From a bacterium (GTDB lineage Bacteria > Patescibacteriota > Microgenomatia > Levybacterales > UBA12049): 61,106 nt of DNA. The notes under the pieces are model-generated. The model made no database searches and was not told the origin of the DNA. It saw only the letters and a program-made list of their open reading frames with translations. The DNA lies in NCBI GenBank assembly GCA_030698775.1, contig JAUYMJ010000028.1, positions 1-61,106 of the forward strand, read 5' to 3'. Positions 34,802-42,642 of this stretch are shown one piece after another. Made by a program: the position numbers and the translations under genes. How positions within the stretch are numbered: the first letter of the stretch is position 1; every line of letters begins with the position of its first letter.

Positions 34802-36022
34802 ATGAGAAACGAAAGCATATTTATCATTGGGGCAAGTACAACACGCTTTGGTGAGTTATGGAACAGTTCACCAAGGGAGCTTGCGAAAGAAGCTTTTACA
34901 AATGCGCTGTCTCAGTCCGGAGTTGGCGTTTCAAACATTGAGGCGCTGTATGTCGGAAATATGCTCGGAGGGATGCTTGGTCACCAGGAGAATATCGGTT
35001 CTTTCTATGCTGAAGAGCTGAGTCTTTCACCTGTCCCCGCATTCAGGCTTGAGGCAGCGTGTGCATCAGGTGGCGTTGCTTTGCATAACGCCATAAATAG
35101 TATAAAAGCGGGTTTGTATAAGACTGTTGCCATATTGGGGATTGAGAAAATGACCGATGCGGGAGGGGATCTTGTAGCATCGGCACTCATGGCAGCAGGA
35201 TCTGATGAAGAGCGGGGATCGGGCATTACGTTTCCCGGTCTCTACGCGCTCATGGCACAGGCATACATGCAGCAGTATAAAATCAAGGAGGAAGATTTGG
35301 CTGAAGTTTCTGTAAAAAATCACTATCACGGATCGTTTAACCACAAAGCACAATTCCGGTTTCAGGTAAGTATTGCTGATGTGATGAAGAGTAGCCGTAT
35401 TGCCGATCCGTTGAAGCTTCTTGACTGTTCACCCGTTACCGATGGTGCGGCGTGTCTGGTTATTACACGGGATGAGTCGATTATCCCGAAAAACTCGGTC
35501 TCGATAATTGCAAGCGAAGTAGGAACCGACACGCTGGCACTGCATAAAAGGTCTTCATTTACCTCGCTTCGCTCGGCGAAAGAAGCGGCAAAGCAGGCTT
35601 ATGCAAAAGCGGGAGTAAAAGCAACAGATGTAGATGTCGCTGAGGTGCATGACTGCTTTAGTATTGCAGAGCTTATTGCCCTTGAAGACTTAGAGTTTTC
35701 AGAAGTCGGAAGGGCAGCAGTGGATGTGAAGAAGGGGAAGTTTACAAGAGGAAAGGGAAAGACGATCGTGAATCCATCAGGAGGCCTTAAAGCGTGCGGC
35801 CATCCTGTCGGTGCCACCGGAATTAAACAAGCAGTTGAGATTTATGAACAACTGATGGGGACTGCAGGTGATAAGCAGTCCGTAAAGAATGCAAAGATTG
35901 GTTTGGCACATAATGTCGGCGGATCGGGAGCGATAGCGACGGTACACATATTTAAAAAATCGAAAATGCAAAGCGCAAAGATCAAAACTAAGTTCAAAGT
36001 GCAAAACCTTCAATATTTTTGA
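34802..36022 (+). CDS. acetyl-CoA acetyltransferase (thiolase), archaeal type, with a repeat-encoded tail
   Basis: IIGASTTRFGE, the EAACASG active Cys, CGHPVGATG and NVGGSG. The last 22 codons (KKSKMQSAKIKTKFKVQNLQYF) lie in repeat copy A3. Confidence 0.88.
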   Translation: MRNESIFIIGASTTRFGELWNSSPRELAKEAFTNALSQSGVGVSNIEALYVGNMLGGMLGHQENIGSFYAEELSLSPVPAFRLEAACASGGVALHNAINSIKAGLYKTVAILGIEKMTDAGGDLVASALMAAGSDEERGSGITFPGLYALMAQAYMQQYKIKEEDLAEVSVKNHYHGSFNHKAQFRFQVSIADVMKSSRIADPLKLLDCSPVTDGAACLVITRDESIIPKNSVSIIASEVGTDTLALHKRSSFTSLRSAKEAAKQAYAKAGVKATDVDVAEVHDCFSIAELIALEDLEFSEVGRAAVDVKKGKFTRGKGKTIVNPSGGLKACGHPVGATGIKQAVEIYEQLMGTAGDKQSVKNAKIGLAHNVGGSGAIATVHIFKKSKMQSAKIKTKFKVQNLQYF

Positions 36023-36072
36023 GATTTTAGATGTGGATTTGCTATTTGAGATTTGATTTTTGAATTGATTTT
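35955..36072. repeat. palindromic element family A, copy 3 (left arm inside the thiolase CDS)
   Basis: caaagcgcaaagatcaaa (35969-35986) is the exact reverse complement of tttgatctttgcgctttg in copies 1 and 4. Confidence 0.8.
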
Positions 36073-36375
36073 ATGATAACAACACCCGTCAAACTTTGGA
36101 GAAGAGGAAAAAAACTGGTCAACCATATCGGGAAGACCGGAAAGCTTTTGTACTGGACAATTGTCCGCGTGCCACCGAAAAATTTTGCCGACCAGGCGCC
36201 GTATCCTGTCGGAATTGTGCGCTTAGATGATGGGGAAATGATGGTCGGGCAGCTCGTTGACTGGACGGAGAGGGATTTGAAGAGCGGTGTGAAAGTAGTT
36301 GCCGTCATGCGACGGGTTACTCATGAAGACCCCGAAAACATCATTCCCTACGGCATCAAGTTTAAGCCGGTGTAA
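36073..36375 (+). CDS. DUF35 OB-fold protein (thiolase/HMGCS partner) lacking the zinc ribbon
   Basis: GKLLYWTIVRVPP...PYPVGIVRLDDGEMMVGQLVD is a DUF35 OB-fold pattern. The protein contains no cysteine. Confidence 0.75.
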   Translation: MITTPVKLWRRGKKLVNHIGKTGKLLYWTIVRVPPKNFADQAPYPVGIVRLDDGEMMVGQLVDWTERDLKSGVKVVAVMRRVTHEDPENIIPYGIKFKPV

Positions 36376-36383
36376 CGTCCATC

Positions 36384-37100
36384 TCAAAGATTAGTAACCG
36401 AGATATAAGGCGATCCTCTTTGGGGAGTTACCGAGTGTCCAAGATCAATCATCGTCTCCCCAAAAGCTTCAAGGCTTCCTGCCGGTGCATAGTTTTGTTT
36501 GACATATTCTGTTGGCCCTAGAATAACTCTTGTATCAAGGAGAACCTCGTTTATCTGCGGAAGCGACAGGAGGTCGACGACTGCTCCGACAACACACTTG
36601 TCAGTATATTCTCCACCGACAATAACGTTCGTACTACTCGTGATGCGAAAACGTTTCTCTAGCAGCCGTCTTTCAATTCTTCTTGATGTAACGCTCGGTA
36701 AGGCGATATTTTCTTCGACAAATATATTTTCCGGATATGCAGTCTCAGATTTGCATCTGTTTAAAAGTGAAATCCAGGACAAAGGAACTCTTCCATTCTG
36801 CGTAAAAAGATCTACCTGTCTCCATGTAGCCATGACATATTTTCCGAGATCCTCTGGTTTTGGCCCGGCATTCGGAATAAAGAGCAAGAGATCTTTTGGG
36901 GAGCTAGGCAAAAAATATTTGAGGACTTTGTTTTGAAAATCTGCGCGAACGCGGAATACCTGATTCGTCCAAAGTAAATCTTCCCCAAATTTCGCATCGT
37001 AAGCGTGAATCAGAAAGCGGAGATTATCGATGTCTATAGGCTTGAGATTCTCACCGGCTTCTGTAGGTAGTTGGCTCTTGGTTTCAAGCCGTGTCTGCAT
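36384..37100 (-). CDS. hypothetical protein, possible isochorismatase-like cysteine hydrolase fold
   Basis: IVGGEYTDKCVVGAVVD resembles the GG.xTD.CV motif. It is the only antisense gene in the mevalonate cluster. Confidence 0.5.
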   Translation of the reverse strand: MQTRLETKSQLPTEAGENLKPIDIDNLRFLIHAYDAKFGEDLLWTNQVFRVRADFQNKVLKYFLPSSPKDLLLFIPNAGPKPEDLGKYVMATWRQVDLFTQNGRVPLSWISLLNRCKSETAYPENIFVEENIALPSVTSRRIERRLLEKRFRITSSTNVIVGGEYTDKCVVGAVVDLLSLPQINEVLLDTRVILGPTEYVKQNYAPAGSLEAFGETMIDLGHSVTPQRGSPYISVTNL

Positions 37101-37137
37101 GGTGGGGATTATACCAAGATTTATGTATAATACCCAT

Positions 37138-38205
37138 ATGAAGCCGATTACCGTTTCAGCTCCCGGGAAAATTCACCTCATGGGCGAGCACGCAGTCGTA
37201 TATGGTAAACCGGCGCTCCTTGCAGCAATCGACCGCCGCTGCAAAGTCTCTTTGATGCCGCGAGGTGATAGGAATATCCAGATCATCTCAAAAGACACAG
37301 GCCTTGATGTCACACTGTCACTCGATGAGGTATTGGAAAAGACCTACCATGCCCAGAAGCAATGGGAGGACTTTTTGGAAAAAAAAGACGCACAGATTCT
37401 CAAAGCGATTACCAAAGATCCTGCTGATTACCTCTCGATTGCAGTCGGTGAAACGCTTATTTATTTCGGCATGCCTCCGGAGAGTGGCTTTACGATTACC
37501 GTCTCATCTGACATCCCGATGGGTGCGGGGCTTGGTTCATCTGCAGCACTTGCGGCTGCGGTAGCTTCTGCTATTATGACGTTTCTTGGCAAGAAGCTTG
37601 ATATGTGGACAATCCATGAAATTGCTCTCCTTATTGAGCAGAAAAGACATGGTAATCCGTCTGGTGGTGATACGGCAATCGTTTCAAGTGGAAACCTTAT
37701 CTGGTTTCGGAAGGAATCCGAGGTACTAAAAGTGGTCCAGCGGGTGCCGTTTGGGATTTTGGATCCGATTGCCTCGCGGTTTTTCCTTGTCGATACGGGT
37801 ATTCCTGAGGAATCAACCGGTGAGATGGTGCAAGCGGTCAGGGATCTCTATGACGAGAAAATTGAGTTTGTGGCAAATGTGTTTAATGACTTGGAGAAAG
37901 TGACTCGGGATATGGTAATTGTTTTGAAAAATAATCACGAAGGAGATCTCATCGAGATAATTAGACAGGGAGAGAAACATCTCGAGCAGCTCGAGGTAGT
38001 CTCAGATGAGGTAAAAGAGGTTATCAGAAGTATCGAAGGCTCAGGAGGCGCTGCAAAAATTTCTGGGGGAGGAGGGAAGCTAAAAGGCACAGGACATCTC
38101 CTCGTCTACCACAAAGATAAAAAGACACTTGAGGATGTTTTGGCAAAGTTCAATCTTATGCCGGTTGCCATCCGTCTTGGCGCTTCGGGTCTAACCGTGC
38201 ACTAG
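37138..38205 (+). CDS. mvk: mevalonate kinase (GHMP family)
   Basis: SAPGKIHLMGEHAVVYG, PMGAGLGSSAALAAA and KISGGGGK. TATAAT lies 6 nt before ATG 37138. Confidence 0.85.
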   Translation: MKPITVSAPGKIHLMGEHAVVYGKPALLAAIDRRCKVSLMPRGDRNIQIISKDTGLDVTLSLDEVLEKTYHAQKQWEDFLEKKDAQILKAITKDPADYLSIAVGETLIYFGMPPESGFTITVSSDIPMGAGLGSSAALAAAVASAIMTFLGKKLDMWTIHEIALLIEQKRHGNPSGGDTAIVSSGNLIWFRKESEVLKVVQRVPFGILDPIASRFFLVDTGIPEESTGEMVQAVRDLYDEKIEFVANVFNDLEKVTRDMVIVLKNNHEGDLIEIIRQGEKHLEQLEVVSDEVKEVIRSIEGSGGAAKISGGGGKLKGTGHLLVYHKDKKTLEDVLAKFNLMPVAIRLGASGLTVH

Positions 38206-38261
38206 TTTATTCTTCGAGCTTTTGATTTTTCCCGGGTAAACCCGAATAGATTAGTTTAACA

Positions 38262-39266
38262 ATGAAGCAATTTAACAATGCAGCAATGAATCCCATCACT
38301 GTTTCAGCTCCCGGAAAACTCATGCTCTTTGGTGAACATGCAGTTGTCTATGGGCATCCCTGCATTGTCACGGCTGTGGGGCAGAGGATGTTTTTGACAG
38401 TGCAAACGCTAAACTCCAAACTCTTAACTCTAAACTCTCCAGAAGTAAATGTGACCAATTATTCAAAACTCTTGGACCAGCTAGGGGAAGGAGAGATGCC
38501 AAAAGGTGCACGGTTTATAGAAATTGCAGTCAAAAATTTTTCTGAAAAGTATACGGTCAAGTCAGGATTGCAGATTACAACGCGGTCAGAATTCGCATCA
38601 ACGTTTGGATTCGGTTCTTCAAGTGCATCTACAGTATGTACGATAAAAGCGCTGTCTGAATTATTTGATTTAAAATTATCAAACAAAGAAATCTTTGACC
38701 TCTCTTACAAAACTGTTTTGGATGTGCAGGGCAAGGGCTCGGGGTTTGATGTCGCGGCAGCAATTTATGGCGGGTCGCTCCTTTTTTTTACTGGAGGAAA
38801 AGAAATTACACCATTAACCATAAACCATTTACCAGTAATCATCGGTTATAGCGGCATAAAAGCAGATACGGTCAGGCTTATTGAAAAAGTCGCCGAGAAA
38901 GCAGAAAAAGAGCCTGAAGTCGTTGAAGATATTTATAAGAGGATAGAGCAAATCGTTGAGAAGGCAAAGACCGCGATTGAGAAAAGTGATTTTGAAGAGG
39001 CGGGGAAACTTATGACGGAAAACCAACTGCTTTTAAGTCAATTGGACGTCAGCAGTGAAAAGCTTGATGCTATGATACAAGCAGCAAGAGATGCCGGAGC
39101 ATATGGTGCGAAATTGTCAGGAGCGGGAGGGGGGGACTGTATGATTGCCCTTCGTAATGCTCAGGGAAAACCCGCAGTTGAAAAAGCTATTGAGAGGGTT
39201 GGCGGGCAAGTGATTGATGTTGAGACAAATGTGGAAGGAGTGAGAGTTGAGAATAAACAAATGTAA
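38262..39266 (+). CDS. second mevalonate-kinase-like GHMP kinase (phosphomevalonate kinase candidate)
   Basis: SAPGKLMLFGEHAVVYG, FGFGSSSAST and KLSGAGGGDCMIAL. An alternative ATG lies at 38286. Confidence 0.75.
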   Translation: MKQFNNAAMNPITVSAPGKLMLFGEHAVVYGHPCIVTAVGQRMFLTVQTLNSKLLTLNSPEVNVTNYSKLLDQLGEGEMPKGARFIEIAVKNFSEKYTVKSGLQITTRSEFASTFGFGSSSASTVCTIKALSELFDLKLSNKEIFDLSYKTVLDVQGKGSGFDVAAAIYGGSLLFFTGGKEITPLTINHLPVIIGYSGIKADTVRLIEKVAEKAEKEPEVVEDIYKRIEQIVEKAKTAIEKSDFEEAGKLMTENQLLLSQLDVSSEKLDAMIQAARDAGAYGAKLSGAGGGDCMIALRNAQGKPAVEKAIERVGGQVIDVETNVEGVRVENKQM

Positions 39267-39269
39267 ATT

Positions 39270-40250
39270 ATGAAAGCAACAGCGAAAGCACCATCAAATA
39301 TCGCATTTATCAAATATTGGGGACGGAAGGATGAAGCATTGAAACTTCCGAGTAACGGAAGTGTCTCTATGAATTTGTCAGGACTCACGACGACTACGAC
39401 AGTTGAATTTTCTCCAGACTATAAAGAAGATGAGATAATAATTAACGGCATACTGGAGCCAGAAGAAAAAACAGCAAAAATTTTCAGTCACTTGGACAGA
39501 ATCCGAAAGTTTGCAAAGATTGATGAAAAAGCAAAAATAGTTTCAGAAAATAGTTTTCCCCGGGGAACAGGTTTGTCATCATCCGCCTCAGGATTTGCTG
39601 CGTTAACATTGGCCGCATCAAAAGCTGCTGGTTTGGATTTGTCCGAAAAAGAGTTGTCAATTTTGGCAAGACAAGGATCCGGATCTGCCTGCCGTTCTAT
39701 TCCTGACGGATTTGTTGAGTGGTTGGATGGCGATACATCAGAAGACTCGTATGCTGTTTCACTCTATCCTCCTGAGCATTGGGATCTCGTCGATATCGCC
39801 GTGATCTTGACAGAACAAGTCAAGGATGTCAGCACGACAGAAGGACAGAAATTAGCAGCGACGAGTCCTTTCTTTGAAGCGAGACAAAGTAAAATCAAAG
39901 ATAAAATAGTAAAGATCAAAGACTATCTCAAAAATAAAAACTTTGAGAAATTTGGGGAATTAGTGGAGTCTGAGGCCTTGGAGCTTCATGCAATAATGCT
40001 CACTTCACAGCCATCCCTTATCTACATAAATCCAGCAACGGTTGCTGTTATGAAAGCAGTCAAGAAGTGGAGGAGTGAAGGTTTACAAGTCTATTTCACC
40101 CTAAACACAGGACAGAATATTCATTTGATTTGTGAGAAAATCTCAGCAGCAGCGGTTGTCAGTAAAGTGAAAGAATCTGAATTCGCACAAGCGATTATTG
40201 AAAATGCACCGTCGAGAGGGGCAGGCATAGCTGACCACCATCTCTTCTGA
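39270..40250 (+). CDS. mvaD: diphosphomevalonate decarboxylase family (MDD/PMD)
   Basis: APSNIAFIKYWGRKD, GTGLSSSASGFAAL and QGSGSACRS. Confidence 0.88.
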   Translation: MKATAKAPSNIAFIKYWGRKDEALKLPSNGSVSMNLSGLTTTTTVEFSPDYKEDEIIINGILEPEEKTAKIFSHLDRIRKFAKIDEKAKIVSENSFPRGTGLSSSASGFAALTLAASKAAGLDLSEKELSILARQGSGSACRSIPDGFVEWLDGDTSEDSYAVSLYPPEHWDLVDIAVILTEQVKDVSTTEGQKLAATSPFFEARQSKIKDKIVKIKDYLKNKNFEKFGELVESEALELHAIMLTSQPSLIYINPATVAVMKAVKKWRSEGLQVYFTLNTGQNIHLICEKISAAAVVSKVKESEFAQAIIENAPSRGAGIADHHLF

Positions 40251-40302
40251 GCTTATAAATCTTATAGTATTTTTCACCAAAACATGGTAAAATAGTACAT
40301 CT

Positions 40303-40998
40303 ATGGGTATTGGTCCTGAAAATTTTACGCCAATTAATAAAGACTTTGTTTTACCTCTTGCGTTTCCGCAGGGAGAAGTACCTTCTTCTGCATCACCAGA
40401 CAATATTAACCCGGTAACATTTTCTTTTGTGCAGACAGCATTTGTCAGGGGGGTTCATGAGCGTCTTCCTCTCCCGGCAGTGAAGGCAGAAGGTCAAGGC
40501 CCTGACACTAAAGAAAATATTTCCGTTTGGGCTGACCAAAGAAGAGTATGGGTAGCGACGCACCAGGTTTTAGAAGGTGGGTCGTTGGCGAGTATCGAAA
40601 AAGCAGGACAGGTTTCCCGACAGAGAATAAGTATTCTTGTAAAAGAAGGGCTTGCGATTCTTTGGGAACTATCTGATGATCCGGTCAAACAAAAGTACCC
40701 ACTTGAGATAGTGAAAGAGTTTTTTGTGAGACCACAAAAAAGGATGCTTCCTGAGAAAACACCTGAAGAAATCGCTGAAAGAAAAAAACAAACATCTGAT
40801 CGCCTGAGCGCTGCACTTACGGGAAGAACATTGTCAAGATCTCATAGGGAGAATCTTAGCGCTGCGAAACTCGGTAAAAAAAGAGAACCATACTCAGAGG
40901 AGTGGCGTCGAAATATAAGTATTGGGAGAAGAAGAATTCCGTCACGAAAAGATTCTCAGAAGACAGAAGAAACTGATGCGTACACTGCAATAACATGA
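40303..40998 (+). CDS. orphan DNA-binding protein: HTH plus two NUMOD3-like repeats, no nuclease domain recognised
   Basis: SLASIEKAGQVSRQRISILVKEGL (HTH-like). GRTLSRSHRENLSAAKLGKK and EPYSEEWRRNISIGRRR are NUMOD3-like. It has its own extended -10 TGgTAAAAT (40285-40293). Confidence 0.6.
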   Translation: MGIGPENFTPINKDFVLPLAFPQGEVPSSASPDNINPVTFSFVQTAFVRGVHERLPLPAVKAEGQGPDTKENISVWADQRRVWVATHQVLEGGSLASIEKAGQVSRQRISILVKEGLAILWELSDDPVKQKYPLEIVKEFFVRPQKRMLPEKTPEEIAERKKQTSDRLSAALTGRTLSRSHRENLSAAKLGKKREPYSEEWRRNISIGRRRIPSRKDSQKTEETDAYTAIT

Positions 40999-41585
40999 GA
41001 CGAGGAATTCTTTCAATGAAAAAAAACACCACTCGCCAAATGCTTATTATTGTCGATGATAATGACGTCCCGACCGGGCAGTATGAAGACAAAGGCGAGT
41101 GTCATTTCGGAGATGGGATCCATCACCGCGCATTTGTTGTTTTATTGGAAAACTTCAAAGGTGAAGTGCTCCTGCAGCTTCGTAAACACGTCAGATGGGA
41201 CAAGTATTGGGATCTGACTGCAATAAGCCATGTTTTACACTTTCGGCCAGACCATAACGAAAGTTATCAGGAAGCAGCTCTTCGATCACTAAAAGAAGAG
41301 ATGGGGATTACAAATGTTACAATTAAAAAAATTGGGGGGTTTAATTATTTTGCAAAATACCATTCTCACTGTGAGAATGAATACTGTGCAGTACTGATTG
41401 GTATATATAACGGTAAGATTGCTCCAAATACTGATGTGATTTACGAATACAAATGGATGCCGAAAAACGCTTTCATCAACGATGTTGAACAGTTTCCTGA
41501 GAAATATACACCGTGGGCTGTTGAGGGAGTGAAAATATTAGATCAAAATTCAGAAATCAAAGATCAAAAACAAGATCAAAAATAA
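40995..41585 (+). CDS. idi: type 1 isopentenyl-diphosphate isomerase-like Nudix protein
   Basis: HRAF, WDKYWD, ENEYCAVL and EYKWMP parallel E. coli Idi. The start overlaps the upstream stop (ATGA), and an alternative ATG lies at 41016. Confidence 0.75.
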   Translation: MRRGILSMKKNTTRQMLIIVDDNDVPTGQYEDKGECHFGDGIHHRAFVVLLENFKGEVLLQLRKHVRWDKYWDLTAISHVLHFRPDHNESYQEAALRSLKEEMGITNVTIKKIGGFNYFAKYHSHCENEYCAVLIGIYNGKIAPNTDVIYEYKWMPKNAFINDVEQFPEKYTPWAVEGVKILDQNSEIKDQKQDQK

Positions 41586-41640
41586 AAGTTTTTACGCTTT
41601 ACGCTAGACTTTGATCTTTGCGCTTTGAGATTTGAGCTGT
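41541..41640. repeat. palindromic element family A, copy 4 (left arm encodes the idi C-terminus)
   Basis: The 41559-41580 and 41610-41632 arms are identical to copy 1. Confidence 0.85.
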
Positions 41641-41650
41641 GAGATACGTG

Positions 41651-41701
41651 ATCCTGAAACAAGCCGCCAGAGGCGAGCCTCGCCTTCGGCGGGTTCAGGA
41701 T
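41651..41701 (+). repeat. GC-rich long hairpin upstream of uppS
   Basis: atcctgaaacaagccgccagaggcgagcctcgccttcggcgggttcaggat. Confidence 0.7.
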
Positions 41702-41712
41702 GACAATTAACC

Positions 41713-42399
41713 ATGGAAAACAAAATTCCAAATCACATTGCTTTCATCATGGATGGCAACCGTAGGTGGGCGAGTGCCCACAAATTGGAGATGCTGTTTG
41801 GTCATGACAAGGGAGCCCATCAGATAGAGCCTTTGGTTGCATATGCCTCAAAGCAGGGAATTTCTTATGTCACATTCTGGGCGTTCTCAACAGAGAATTG
41901 GCAGCGCACTGAAAAAGAAGTCGCTGTCCTTATGGAAGTCTTTAGGAGGATGTTTCGTGATCCTATGGTAGACAGAATGAAGAAAAATGACGTGAAGTTT
42001 AACGTCATCGGTGATACCAGTAAGTTTCCTCAGGACATCCAAGACGATCTTCGAAAATTGCTTGAAGAAACAAAAAATAATAAAAAAATTACCGTGACGA
42101 TCGCGCTCAACTACGGTGGTCGGGATGAGATACTTCGCGCTGTGCGTGATGCAGTCAGTGCGCAGCAAACAGTAATCAGTGAAGATGCTTTTGGGCAGTT
42201 GTTATTCACAAAGGATCTTCCTGATCCCGATTTTCTGATTCGAACTGGTGGGGAGATGCGTCTTAGTGGGTTCCAGCCGTGGCAGACAGTATATACAGAA
42301 CTCTATTTCACCGATGTGTTGTGGCCGGATTTTGACGAAAAGGAGTTTCAAAAAGCACTTGATGAGTTTGATTTGCGGGAGAGGCGTTTTGGAAGATAG
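41713..42399 (+). CDS. uppS: undecaprenyl diphosphate synthase
   Basis: HIAFIMDGNRRWA, FSTENWQR and the RTGGEMRLSGF pattern. Confidence 0.93.
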   Translation: MENKIPNHIAFIMDGNRRWASAHKLEMLFGHDKGAHQIEPLVAYASKQGISYVTFWAFSTENWQRTEKEVAVLMEVFRRMFRDPMVDRMKKNDVKFNVIGDTSKFPQDIQDDLRKLLEETKNNKKITVTIALNYGGRDEILRAVRDAVSAQQTVISEDAFGQLLFTKDLPDPDFLIRTGGEMRLSGFQPWQTVYTELYFTDVLWPDFDEKEFQKALDEFDLRERRFGR

Positions 42400-42448
42400 C
42401 TTCAGAAATACTTGAAAAGATTTTTCCAATACCGTATTCTTATATTGC

Positions 42449-42604
42449 ATGGCAGAACAGCAAGTAGGTCAGGAAGCAATTTTAAAAAAGACAACGAAGC
42501 CGGAACGGCCGACTCCCCGTTCGCTCGATGTCTGGACAAATGCTCGGCTTACAAGAGCTGAAGCGTGGAGAAAAATGATTCAGCAGGGTAAATGGGGAAA
42601 ATAA
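42449..42604 (+). CDS. possible small ORF (51 aa)
   Basis: My translation is MAEQQVGQEAILKKTTKPERPTPRSLDVWTNARLTRAEAWRKMIQQGKWGK*. It has no homology or SD support. Confidence 0.2.
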   Translation: MAEQQVGQEAILKKTTKPERPTPRSLDVWTNARLTRAEAWRKMIQQGKWGK

Positions 42605-42613
42605 TTTTTCCTC

Positions 42614-42642
42614 TTGCATTTCCGAAATTCATTTTGTATAGT
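42614..42642 (+). promoter_or_regulatory. promoter of the serine operon with a ~110-nt pyrimidine-rich leader
   Basis: TTGCAT-17-TATAGT. Confidence 0.55.

Noticed and set aside
33551-36072. Whether the reiterated AT-rich words (gatcaaa, ctaatt, tctaga) form a CRISPR array.
   Set aside because: There is no constant-length direct repeat alternating with unique spacers. The arms are inverted rather than direct, the units are irregular, and no cas genes are present.
38250-38285. The recurrent word TTTAACAAT(G) just upstream of or at start codons (29847, 38253, 38270, 42725 regions) as a translation signal.
   Set aside because: It is short, AT-rich and has few occurrences, so I cannot separate it from composition effects without genome-wide statistics.
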